The notes under the pieces are model-generated. The model worked only from the letters and a program-made list of their open reading frames with translations, was not told the DNA's origin and searched no databases. From Chrysomallon squamiferum (lineage: Eukaryota; Animalia; Mollusca): a stretch of DNA of 64,000 nucleotides. Made by a program: the position numbers and the translations under genes. The first letter of the stretch is position 1. The number at the start of each line of letters is the position of its first letter. This document shows, piece after piece, positions 40,510 through 53,895 of the stretch. The stretch lies in the NCBI GenBank assembly GCA_012295275.1, contig CM022679.1:19282001-19346000 (forward strand). Direction: 5' to 3'.

Positions 40510-42649
40510 CATATAATGAACTGAACTATAAAAATATCTAGGAAACCTAATTGTATAAATGTAACACTGACGCACATGTGTAGATAACAGTTAACCAAAA
40601 CTTATTTTTAACTGTTGTGTCAAAGTAAATAATCTGTTTTGATTTTTATTCTTTTCGAAAGGAGTTTTATTAGACTAATTCTTAAATCTGTTATTTATAA
40701 ATCTGTTGATTTTTAATTGATTTGTGATATATAAATAAATAGAACGATTGCAGAATTAAATATTCAGTATCCGTATCAGTTTGTACTAATTGCTATCATT
40801 AATTCATTATTTTGTAAAGCCATCAGTTTTGCCTTTTTAATAGATTTATATTGTAAATTGAAACTGGTGGAAAATAACATCTAAACTATTTTGTATTTAT
40901 TTTGATTTGGATATGTATACATGAGTTAAGTTGATTAAAATAATGTTTGTGATAACTGAATAATTTAAATTGTGTGTGAATAAACAAACTTTTGTTTAAT
41001 ATTTCTGTTTACACAGATTGTATGAAATAAATATTAGGAACAGAAATGACTTGCGTGCACCAAACAACAACTTACTACTTGAATGAATATTGAGTTTGTT
41101 GTCATTTATATCATCATTATAAATTCCAAAACTACAGATCATTATTTAATGTAAATTACTTTTTACGCAAAATAATTCATTATAATAATTTTTGCTGGTT
41201 AAAAGTTATTATGTAAATTTGATCAGTGTAATATTCAACAACATTCTTCTTACAATAAAAATCTGACTTAATGTTGGAACAAGTTCTTTTAATTTGGCAA
41301 AGATATTTGTTTTGGAGCTTTTGATTTACTATTTTGTACAGGCATTGTTTCCATTGTAATTCTCATTTGTAGTTGTGTTGTTGTTGTTTTTCAGTGCTGA
41401 TAACTTTGATTAAGGAATCAAATTATTACATGTGAGGTCAATAAATATGAAAACAAAGTAAAACAATGAAGTGAAAACTGCTCAGTCACATTTTATATAG
41501 TTATGTTGATGACAATCTGATTTTTATTTTTATCTTCATTGATATACATTTGTAAGGAAGTATATTTTAAGTTACGTTGATTTATTCCACTAAACCATAT
41601 GTACAGGGAGAATACAAATGACAACATTTGTATAAATGTGTCATTTTTTATTTCTCTTAATATTGAAGTAATAATGATTCTTTAAATCTGTATTTACAAA
41701 TGGTATTAAAATACCATTCAAAGATTTCACTGAGAAAAATGACTATTTGCTGATTAGAATTTCATTTAAATGAAATGTATAATTTGCATAATCATTTGTG
41801 TATAAATTTATACAAATAAGGAATATTTATAGTAGATCATCAAAATAAATATTATTTAATAATTTATGCAGCTGTAGAAACTTTTGTGGTTCATTATTTT
41901 GAAAAAAGACAAAGAATGGCAGTATTGTTTATGTTATACAATGAAATAATTTATATATAAAAGTGTTTACTAACCAAATGTAGTTTCTATTAAATACATG
42001 TGATAAAATGTCTCTTTTTATCCTTTAATGGGAACTACCGGTACTTCTAAAAAATAGTTAAAGTACATTACTTACAAAGCAGTATTTGTAGGTAACAGTA
42101 TAGAAAATCCTGTATATTCTAATATTGTACAAAAAACGAAACAAAAATTATAAATTATAAATTACAGTTATTACCAATGTCAGCTGAGATACATGAATTT
42201 TTAACAGTAATACCAGTAATAATTTGGCTTTGGGATAAACCTCGGAAAAAATAGTCTTTTTCTTAGTAATCTCTTCTTTTAAAAAAAAATTGTTACAAAT
42301 CGTGACATATCATCACTTTTAAATTAAAATATATACAAATATTATGTAATATTTGTTTAATAAAACTTACAATTTATTGGCAGAAAAATGTTGTTCATAT
42401 GAACAAAACAGATTTGATATTACATTTATATAAGACAGAGTTAGAGTATGGATCAATAACACTAAAATTTATAGCCCGTATGGCATATATATACACAAAC
42501 CTGATCTATTCTGCATCACGGGCAGACTTGTCCCTTCTCCTTTTTATAAAATATAAAACATCTGCACCTAAGCAAAACTTTTAAACAAAAACTTGTACAG
42601 ATATCACATCTAGGGCAACAATCATTTTAAGGTTTATTACGGAATTTAC

Positions 42650-43009
42650 GTAAGGTTTATTACGCCGTTTTTCCCTTTTCTTTGAATTTCCTTCATTTTT
42701 CCACCACAACGACGACATCGAGCTACACCTTCGTCATCATCCACAATAACTTTTCTTCGTAAAAATGCAACTGCCTTCGTCTCGTCGCTGATCACGTTGT
42801 AAAATTCTTTCTAATCCATTTCCGAACCAAGCTAGATCAAATCTGTTGTATTTCTTTACCTGCCTGCTATAAACTTAAATTCCCTTTTAAAGACATACAA
42901 TTATCCTTTCTTGTCACGCTCTTATGTTATAGAAATGTCCTAGATATTTTTTTCTTCTTGTAGTTCAAAGTGGTTTCATGACGCGTAGACCACACGCCAA
43001 GCTAGCACC
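42650..43009 (-). mobile_element. Merlin/IS1595-like transposon 5' relic
   Basis: From the ATG at 42819 on the minus strand: MD*KEFYNVISDETKAVAFLRRKVIVDDDEGVARCRRCGGKMKEIQRKGKNG. This has the E..A..FL...C..CG..M zinc-ribbon start typical of IS1595/Merlin transposases. The block is CpG-rich, with a possible GG-starting terminus at 43009. Confidence 0.5.
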
Positions 43010-43082
43010 AAGTTGTTTTTCTTTTGTTTTCTTGTAGTTGATAAAAATTGACAATTCTCACCTTTTGGACCTATAACCAAAT

Positions 43083-43866
43083 GGGGAACGATAAAAATGG
43101 CACTCGGAAAAATGGCACCCGGAAGAAATGGCACACTGCAGATTTGGAACAAAATGGCACCTATTTATTTTTCCATGTAGTTGCTTTTAAAAAAAAAATT
43201 AGTTTATTCATGCAATATTGTTTCATACATGTATATTAATATATAGCATCACTCAGCCACTTGGTTTTGCTTAACAAAGTATAAAATAATAAACACATAT
43301 ATACACACATTCATACATATGCATACATACTTACATGCGAATATAGATGCACTAGTACGTTCATATAGATGTAACTAATTTAAGTAAGCATACCACAGTT
43401 AAAATATCCTCCAGAATGATATCATTCAGTCAGTTCAAACATACCATAAGATATATGTGTTGTGTATATATATACGCACACACACACATACACACACATA
43501 TATATATATATATATCTTATTCTGTGTTTGAATTGACAGAATGATATCATTCTGGAGGATGTTTTAAATTTGATATGCATATTTACATTAGGTACATCTG
43601 TATGAATGTGTCTGTATGTATGAACGAACTCATTCATCTATGTGTGTATATATATTTAATTTATGTATATGTGTGCACATGTATGTATGTATATATTTGT
43701 ATGTGTATATACGTAATATTAAACTCTGATATAGTACTTTGTTAAGCAAAACCAAGTGGCTGAATATGTAATAATATTGCATGAATAGACTATATTTTCA
43801 AAGAACTTTTACCGATTTTTTTAAAACAACTATACATAAAAAATTAAATAAGGTGCCATTTTTTCC
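43083..43866. mobile_element. Foldback / MITE, probably Mutator-derived, forming a roughly 700-bp imperfect palindrome
   Basis: The left end GGGGAAC is followed by four AAATGGCAC repeats, with one inverted copy at about 43853-43862. Perfect inverted pairs: 43253-43281 with 43735-43763 (29 nt), and 43406-43427 with 43539-43560 (22 nt). Confidence 0.8.
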
Positions 43867-44389
43867 TACAACCAAACAAATATGCAATATAATTCCTAAA
43901 ACAGGAAATAAGAAGACATTAACTATATGGTAACAGATTACATCTACAATCATGTTTCCGATTATGTGACTTCTGATCTGTTAGACTCGTGTGTGTGTCT
44001 GTGGAAGTGTATCTATAAGGAGCAGATCTCCGTTATATAATTAATATAAAAAAACTATTATTAACAGATGTTAATTACAAACAAACAGAACAAATAAAAA
44101 ATAAAAAAAAATAAAAAGAAGAAGAAGAAAAGTAGAAAGAAAGAAAAAAGTATTGATATAAATATGTTGTAATTTGATCGTAGCCATGACAAGCTGTTTT
44201 TCTCAATATAACGCTATAAAATAAAGAAAACATTTATTGGTTATTATATCAAAACAGTCGTTTTTCTTTTCAAAGTTTCATATGAGCTCGTTTTTATTCT
44301 CGGCATAAGCCTCATGTGAACTGTTCAAAGCGATATATATATATACACGTGTGTGTGTTTGTGTATGTGCAAACTGCTGGATAAAACTA

Positions 44390-44637
44390 TCTTTTTGCGT
44401 TCCGCCCCTTTCACATACTTTTTTTTTATGTCATGGCCTTCATGATAAGCGTCCCAGTTTATTGCTCTGATGATGTAAACTGCTAGTTACAACAAATCGT
44501 TACAGGCGTTCATTGTAAGACACTAAAAGCCATATAAATCAAATGTTTTGGTCTTCAAGCTTGTGCTGGTGAACTTATTTCAATCACAGCATAGGTTATG
44601 TGCACTAAGGTCTGTTTTTTCTCGGTCATGGTCAGAG
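44390..44637 (+). promoter_or_regulatory. Candidate promoter and non-coding first exon of the ACSM gene
   Basis: A GC-box-like TCCGCCCC lies at about 44401 and a strong donor CAGAG|GTAAGT at 44637/44638. The first coding exon begins after an acceptor (TTGCAG| at 46089), so an upstream exon is expected. Confidence 0.35.
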
Positions 44638-45223
44638 GTAAGTTTAATGAGTTTTTGGCTAGTGAACGTTAGTAACTTTTTCCTAACTAAATAATATACG
44701 ATAGCACTTGCTGAAACACTACTTAATGGTGTATACATTCAGTAAAGACTGAAATGATTTTTCATCTTTAGGAATATATTGTAAGTTATTTTTCTTCAAG
44801 GAAAACAAACAAGATTTGGGACATTTTGAAGGTCTATTATTTCTGTTGTTCACGAGTCAAATAACTACGAAAGAAAAGATCCTCGGGGGCTTTAGGATTG
44901 TTGTCAGTATATAATTATAGTATAAAGTGTATATTCATAATCTTGCATCTCTTCAGAACAATCAATATATAAAATACACATGTAGGCTATTTGTTAAGGT
45001 ACATCTAAGCTTTAATTTTTTCTATCAATGTTTTGGTTAGTGAGATTGTTCAGTTGGTTTTAACTCACGGTTTGAGTTTTGTTATGTTACTTTTGTTACT
45101 TGATACATCCAGCGCTGCTTGCTGTAGGGTCAACTGTGGGAAACTGATTGTAATTTCTAGTTTTAGTTGCACATACGTATGATACTAATAATTATTAGTC
45201 CATAAATGATATCCATTTGAATA

Positions 45224-45367
<144 letters not shown>

Positions 45368-46110
45368 AAACCCGCAGTGATTTCTTTTCGCACACACGGC
45401 ATTACTGTATTTAATTGAAGTTAATGTGAAGTGTTAAAAACGAAAATAAATGACATAGCATCCAGTGACTGCTAATACGACTTAGACGACTTTTCGCTCT
45501 ACGATGTTCAGTACCACGATATTCTAAATGAAGAAATTAATAAATTGTATGTAAATTATTTCAGAGCCAAAACGAAATTTCCTCGGTCCTCCAACATTTC
45601 GAATGGAGACTTTACACGATGATTTGAAAACGCCCACGCTAAATATATACGCATACCATATTACATAATAATAGGGTCTCAAATTCTAAATGGAGAACTG
45701 GTATTAATGTGTTTTAGGACTGGTGCAGTGCTTTCAAATAAAGCCGGTTACTTTTTTCTCAGTCAGTCAATCAATCAATTAATCAATAACTACTACTAAT
45801 AAAGTTAATCATTTTAAAAGTTAAATTTTTATGAAATCGCAGCGCGAACACTAAACATCACCGATGTTTGCAATAAACTGTTGCGTTTTCTTTTGTCTGA
45901 ATATCGATATACAGACTTCGATGGGTAGAGCATAATAGTCCACACACACACACAACTCACACATGGAGAAATGATGAATTTATTTTAGCCCATCTAGAAA
46001 AATGTATATCAAAACACTGACAGAGAAAAATTATTTATTTTGTTACTAAAATATAAATAATAATTTACAATTTGTTTTGATATTTGCAGATACACGGAAA
46101 TGCTGCTAAC

Positions 46111-48895
46111 ATGCTGGCTTTCTCGCGAAACATAAATAAACTGTCAAATTATCTTCGACGCTCCGACACCATAAATTACAAACAACGTTTGAGGGTATTG
46201 CAAGGGAGACAACTGCATATTTGCTCACAATCTCGACTTTACGCTGCCTATCCGAAATTAAGTGATTATGAAACTGAAAGAAATAATTTTAAGTTAGATG
46301 TGCCTTCACACTTTAATTTTGCCAGAGATGTTATTGATAAATGGTCAGAGGCAGAATTAGTAAGTATTATTTTAATTATCATTGTATTAGCATGTTAAAT
46401 ATAAATGTTAATGTAGAGAAAGAGAGAGAAAATTAAAAAAATAATAATTACAGGTAATGATTTTTGTGCAGAAATTCAGCCAACTATGCATCTATAATCA
46501 ACAACAAAAATTACACTAATTAAAATGACAGATCATTTTAAATTTAAAAATGATTCACATATATGCCTTGTGTTGAAATAGTTTGAAAAGAAATTCTATG
46601 TGGATCTTGACTAAATGGTAAACTGTGTTTTTTGTTCAGATCAAAGCAGCTATGTTTGCAGCAGCAATAATAACAAATTCCTAAATTATTGTTAAATGTC
46701 ATTTTTCAGAAAGGTAAAAGAAGTATATCACTGCCAGCTTTTTGGTGGATATCCAGTGAGAAACCTCAAGTCAAATGGAGTTTTCAGGATCTCTCCAAAC
46801 TGAGTCAAAAGTCCGTGTTTTTTAATGGGTTATTTATTTTTTTAAAGTTTATTATTGTTTTTTTTTTTTTTTTTTTTAATGGCTGTATTTCACACAAAAC
46901 AAAATTAAACAATATTTATTTAAGATTTCATATCAAAATATTATTGTGTTCAGAAATACAGCTATTTTGTGTTTGTTAGTTGATTGTTTTTTTGTTTTTT
47001 TTAAAACATATTTGTAGAGAGTTTATAATAAAAATAAATCTGGCAATGGTCAGCGATATTTTTTTTATAATTTTTTCTTACTGTAGAGTTGCAAATGTTT
47101 TGACTGGAGGGTGTGGTTTATCACATGGTGATGTTGTGATTGTCATTCTTCCCAGAATTCCTGAATGGTGGCTAATTAACATTGCAGCTATTAGAGCTGG
47201 TAAATATCCTAAATAATTATGGTTAGCTTGTGTTCCATATCAGCCTGCTGTGAAAAATTATTTAAAAAACGCATTTTAAGTGTATGTACAAATATAAATT
47301 GTAAATGTAACATCCAACACATTTTCCCCATTTTTTGTTACATTTGCATGTTTTACAAATAATATATCCTACAGAAATGTTAATGTTAAATGGATCCAAA
47401 TTATGTTGTTACGATGTAATAGAGAATTATACAGTTATATGTCTGCTGATAATGCATTGTTTAACATTTTTATTACCAATGTACTGACTCATATTTGCTC
47501 ATAAAAATGCTTAATGAAATCTCCCCTACAAATGGGATATATTTTTTATCAGTACTCATAAATGCTATCAATAGTACATTTTTGCAAATAACAACTGAAA
47601 TTTCATTACAGTGTTCTAATTTACCAAATCTGTGGAGTCCAGCATTATCAAACACAACAAAAGTAATATTATTATTATTATTATTTTAAAAAAAACTAAT
47701 GAAGGAATTATCCTAGTTTCTGGAACCACTCTGTTGAGAGCAGCTGATATTAAGCATAGACTGCTAAAGTCACATGCTAAATGTGTCATAACCAATCCGG
47801 ACACAGTCTGTCATGTTGACCAGGTAAGTCTAAGATGTTTAATAGTTTGCTTTTGCTGTTAATTATCTTCAAACCTTTATTTTTAGTTTTTTTTTATGAA
47901 TTTTTTTAGTTTTTTCCCCATTTGACTGTAATATTGTAAAAATTGTCAAATTTGTTATCCTTGTACTTTCTTAAATGAGTTTTTGAAGATTTACACCATT
48001 CTTATTTTAATCTTTGCTTTTTATGATGTTTGTTTTGAATTTAAGTATTAAAAAAATATTTTTGTTAAAAGATTGCTGATGAAAGTCCAGATTTGAAAAA
48101 TAAAATTGTAGTTGGATCTCAGGATGAAACCAGGTATGAACTTTTTTGATATTGTATGCAACATGAAAGCCATGCTCACTGCATCTGTTTTTTGCCAGAT
48201 CATTTTAATGAAACCAGATTTATTGTTAAAATGATATCCACCATTATGATAATGTCTCTAATTTCCTATATCATGGATCTTCTTACATGTTGTTTTAAGA
48301 TACAAAAAAAAGAAAAAACGTATTTTTATGTATATATTTTTTAATTTTATTTGTTTCTTTGTTCTTTGTTTTAAAGGTATTATATTATAAATGTTTTACA
48401 AAAACAATAATTTGTGTTTGTTTGTGTGTCGTTTATTTATTCATCAGGCCCAAATTTTCATGAGCTATTTGAAAAATCGATGGATTCTTTTGAGGTATGA
48501 AATTTATAATTAAATCCTTATCATACAAACTGTGTAACTTTTCAGTGCACACAGAGGCAATAATAAAATACAATCAGATGTAGTGACTTGAATTACACAG
48601 AAAAATCACTTAATAGTAATAACAGTAATTATTATAATACTGTGTGTGTGTTCTCTAAAATACAGATTAAAGGGATTAAACTATCCTGTGACAAATCTCT
48701 AAATTAGTTAATATTTAATGTATTTTACATATTCACTATTTATTATGTATTTCTATTATTTCAGTGTGTTAACACTCGTTCTGATGAGCCAATGTCTATA
48801 TTCTTTACAAGTGGGACAACTGGATCACCCAAAATGACTGAACATACACATGCAAGTTATGGCATTGGTCATACAGTCACTGCTAGGTAGAAAAA

Positions 48896-48943
<48 letters not shown>

Positions 48944-51900
48944 TGTTAAATAACTGATAACTTTAATTTATTCTTCTCAAAATGTAAAGGCATTTTATTT
49001 ACCATTTAATTATTTTTATTACTTTTGTTTATTATTATAAACATCAGAAATTGATGGAAATGTATTTGAGTTCAATTCTTATACATTTTTAACTGTATTA
49101 ATACACTGTAACTCAGTTAACAAATTTAAATAATAAAAAATAAATACATTTTCCTTAGAATGTATAACTCAGTTTTATTTGTAACAGCCGAGCCTTTATA
49201 AAAATGTACTTTTTTTTTATAGTTTACAGTAGTCAATAATGTCACATCACAATGTATACATTTTGTCCTTATTATGATAAATGTACAAAAGCATGGTAGG
49301 AATAACCTACATAAAACTGTCTCTTTAGCACATCTGTTAATATTAGACAGTTAAAATTAAGAGAACACAGACTGCAGTGAACAGCCTAATGGATCCTTGA
49401 TAATTACTAATATCTTTCAGAAATCAATTTATTTTTCTTTGTTTAATAAATATTTTCAGATATTTTTTAAACTGTGGACAAGAAAATATTGTGTGGAACC
49501 TATCTGATACAGGCTGGGCAAAAGCTGCATATAGTAATGTTTTCGCACCCTGGATTGCTGGATCTTGTGTGTTTGTTGATGAGATGCAACAGAAAATAGA
49601 TCCAGAGAGAATCTTAAAGGTTATTATTCTTTTTTCTTTTCTTTTTCATGTATTTCTTTATTAATTTATGTCACTATTTATTTAAATGACAACTTACTGA
49701 TATGTCAGCAAGAATTATCTTAGAATTGACTGGAAGCAGTGAAAATATACAGAAATATTACTTGCTTTTGATATCAAATGTATTTGATACTTTGTTTTAA
49801 TATGGGACCCACCTTTAAATATATGATTACTGGTTTATGACAGGTTTTATCAATGTATCCAGTTTCGCACATGTGCAATGCACCAACTACAATGAGATCA
49901 ATGGTGAAGCTGAATCTCAAAGGCACTCAGTTAATGAACTTACAGTTCTCTGTCTGTGCAGGAGAACCTGTGGTAAGTGTTGTTATCACTTGAGTTATTT
50001 GTAGAAGCCTGAGAGAGATCAGTAGGTGTGTTCCATCACATCTATCCCTCTAGACTGGCTTATGACACTGTTACCCTATTCCAATTACTTCTTTATAATT
50101 GGTCTGTCCAAGCTATTGTATGGATTTTTCTGCCTTTCAAATGGGGGGGATATAAAATATCTCTCACTGTTAATCATTTAAAAAAATGTTTGAATAGTAG
50201 TAGTGGATTTTCTTATTCATTATAGAAAAGGACATGTCTAATAATTGTAAGGTATAAAACTGGTTAGATATCATTGTATTACAAAGTTTACATCAGTATG
50301 AGAATGTGACAAATGTGAACTGATTGATTGACAATATTGTTGCTAAGATTTGCTTAATAATAAGATTTAATGTAAGGATTTTGTAATTGTTTTGAAATTA
50401 TATTCTTGGTGTATATCTGAAGAATCCTGAATTGAAAGAAGCATGGAAAGTTGGAACTGGCCTGGACCTACATGAGGGATATGGACAAACAGAAACAGTA
50501 AGGATTATTAGAAAATGTTTGGTCAAAGAGAGCAATATTTTGATAAAATGTAGGATATTTATTTTCTACACTCCTGAAATTATTAATGGTACAGAGAACA
50601 AATCTACTCAGCTGAAGTTAAAAATGTATTAAAATAGCAATCCCTGTCCATATTGTTCTTTTTCCTTCATTTTTCATGAAAGCATAATGATCATTACTAC
50701 AACAGATTACATTGTTTTATAGACAATACTGGCTAGTACATTACTGGCTGACAAAGAAGAATCCATGGGGAAAGCTTCACCAGGTATTAGTCTTGAAGTA
50801 CGTATTTGATGAAATAAATCCACCTACTGTTCTATATGCAAAACCTTTATTTATTTTATTATCAGATAATTTATCATTTGAAAATAATTTTTGGGGAAAG
50901 TTGTAAGACCTATTTACTTTTGTATTTTTATTAGCTCAAGACTGTGTACATATATACTGATAATAATTATTTTTAAGGGAGTAAAGATTTTAATTACAAA
51001 AACAAAAAGATTTCTCAGCATGTTGACAGGATTTTGACAGGATTGTTTATTTATTTATTTTTTTCAAAGGTGCCTTTCTTATTGTTCTTTTCTGTATGTT
51101 TTTTCCAGATTGTAGACAATGATGGTCAGGTATTACCTCGTGGCACTGAAGGTAATCTTGGAGTTCGTTACAAACCACAGAGACCCATTGGCCTTTTCTC
51201 ACAATATGTTGTAAGATCCATGTTAAACTTTACATCTGTTTATTGCACATATAAAGTAACTATGATGTTATAAATGTGAACACTGGCATTATAAACAGAC
51301 ATAGTTTAAATAATATCTGATATGTAGGTTGTTAAAAAATTTTAAATGATAAATTATTATCAATGTCAGAAGAAATGTTAACATTTGTAAATTATTAAAG
51401 TCAGCTCTTTAGAAAGCTTTCACAATTGTGATTCTTTTAACACGTCATTGGGCTAAAGTGGTTTTATTAGTAAACTTTGTTAATTTTATTAATTTAGAAT
51501 GAGCCAGAGAAAACAGCTTCTTCTTTCCGTGGTGACTTTTATATTACTGGAGACAGAGCTTTCATGGATGAAGAAGACTTTATATTCTTTGTTGGACGAG
51601 CTGATGATGTCATTCTGTCATCTGGGTATGTTTCAGTGAAAATTTTACTGTGGGATATTTGTACGATTTTTTATTTCAAGGTTTTCCCTCTCCCCTTCAG
51701 AGCATTTTATTCTGCATCTCTCATTCTTCTCTTATTTTCATTGTTCCTCTCAGTAAAAGAGTATACTGCATATTTCATAGTAGTTATTCTTTAAAAAGAC
51801 AAAGAAATATAAGGCTAGTTCTCTTATTTAGATATCGCATTGGACCATTTGAAGTTGAAAGTGCACTTCTTACTCATCCTGCTGTTTTGGAATCGGCTGT

Positions 51901-52783
51901 TGTTAGCAGTCCACATGATATTAGAGGCGAGGTAAAATGGTTCTGTGTTTTTAACTCTTTCTAAATCCTGTCTAGTTGCTGGTGAAGTTAAAGAGCAATA
52001 TAGAAATAATTATACAAAGAAGTGAATGGTAGAACAATTTAATTTATCCCTCTCCTCCTCACTACATATTTTATGAAAGAAACATCTTTGTAATATAGTA
52101 ACTGTCTGTCAAAAGTTTTGTTTCAAGAAACCATCAAACAGGTTATTTGGAAAAAGAAACCAGTATTTTTTTGTATGGCAAAGAAATAAAAAAGTTACAA
52201 CAGACTCTTAAAGAACATTTATTCACCATTTATGATGCTGTCAGTTTGTGGAATAATAACTTTTTATACTAAATTACTGTTATTTCAGATAGTGACTGCT
52301 TTTGTTATTCTGACACCACAATATGAACCAATGGACGCAGAACCTTTAACAAAGGCACTGCAGGATCATGTCAAAAGTGTCACAGCACCTTATAAATATC
52401 CTAGAAAGGTTAAATTTATAATTTCAGTTTTTATAATTTTAACTTTTTCTTGTTGATTTGCCTTTTGAACTAATATTAAAGGAGTCGAGATCAAAAAATA
52501 ATAAATTATGCTACAAAGATCCACATTACTGTATTTATTACCAGTGTCAAAATAATAATAAAACTAAACACTTGTGTAATGTATTATGTTAAATACTGCA
52601 ATACAGATAAATATACAGATGGTTGCATGTAAGTATGCATTTAATTTATCCTAAATAAAATTTAAATAAACAGTTTTATATTTTCAGATTGTATTTGTGA
52701 AGGAGCTTCCAAAAACAGTAAGCGGCAAAATACGTCGAATTGAATTGAGAAATTCAGAATGGAGACAAACAAAGAAAAAATGA
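46111..52783 (+). CDS. ACSM3: Mitochondrial medium-chain acyl-CoA synthetase (ACSM family, ACSM3-like); apparent frame break at the exon 5/6 junction
   Basis: Exons 46111-46359, 46710-46810, 47087-47199, 47705-47823, 48072-48133, 48448-48494, 48765-48886, 49460-49619, 49844-49972, 50423-50497, 50723-50797, 51109-51210, 51498-51625, 51832-51931, 52289-52408, 52688-52783. Motifs: [26 protein letters not shown]-loop [78 protein letters not shown]. The family is secure; the paralog number is nominal. Confidence 0.92.
48896..48942. repeat. (ATT)n microsatellite directly after the ACSM exon 7 donor
   Basis: Direct reading. Confidence 0.9.
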
Positions 52784-53765
52784 AAATAATGAAGTATATA
52801 ATACTTTGAGAATAATAACTCCAGACATTTGCTATGGATTATATATCAATTTCAGTAAAAAGACTTTACAAATAGGAATTATTTTCAAACAGTAATTCTA
52901 ACCCCAACTTGAACATAAAATCTAGCAGTGGTTTGTAAAAAGGCTGCTTCTGTTTATGTACAGTGGGATTTTGCGATGATCAGTAAAATGACCTGATTGC
53001 AAGGACAGACATCTGTGGTGGGCATCAAAACATTTTCTTATGCACACCTATAATAAAACAATTTGTTTTTTTTAGTGGGGGGGTAAATTTAATTTTATTA
53101 TTATTATTACTTTATTTTTGCTTTATTATATGACTGTATATCAACATTTAAACAGTTAAATACTTACTGTTAATTAATACTGCCAAAATAAATCGTCAAC
53201 ACAAATATTTGAAATTGGTAATGGCTATAAATTAAAGAATTGAAGAGGCTTGATTATTCTGTTACAAATGTTATATTATATGCAGACAAACACTATCAAG
53301 AAGAATGTCTTAGTAATATTCTGCTGCTTTATGGTAATGTGTGTGTGTGTGTGCGTGTGTGTGTAAGAGACAGCAATGATATATAGATGAAACTCATACA
53401 TTTCACACTTTTATCTCTTTATTCTGATTATCAGTTTATACTGTATTCTTTAATGTAACAACAAAGATAAACAACCAATATAAAATATGCTTATGTAAAA
53501 ATAAGCCTACTACATATTATTTGTATTGAAAATTTGTAGTTAATTTATAATCATAGTTATACCTAGCCCTAAAGTGTGGCTGTTTTCTTGTATTTTTCTG
53601 TTAATAGCAATATTAATGGCTACCAGGGGCACACTACAATAAATGGCCAATTTACCTTTTGTTGATTGTCAAGCACCAGTCTTGAATCCAAGAAATAATA
53701 TTGCATGCAGTAGTGCAGTAAAATTGTTGGGTTTGCATTAGAATCCATCAAAATCACTATCAAAG

Positions 53766-53895
53766 TTGAACTATCATGCAGAAGTTATGTTTTATTTCTT
53801 GTTGGAATTCAAAGGCATTATTTATTATGACCTATTCTCATACAATCAGGCCATCAGTTCTGATGTGTACTCCTGTCACCTGGAGAAACTTCCAA
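53766..53895 (+). mobile_element. Mariner transposase fragment
   Basis: VMFYFLLEFKGIIYYDLFSYNQAISSDVYSCHLEKL resembles the mariner segment KVML.VWWD.KGII.YELL...QTI.S..Y..QL..L. Confidence 0.7.

Noticed and set aside
43083-43160. Four AAATGGCAC direct repeats as a CRISPR-like array
   Set aside because: The units are 9 bp with very short, irregular spacers, the context is eukaryotic, and an inverted copy at the far end indicates transposon subterminal repeats.
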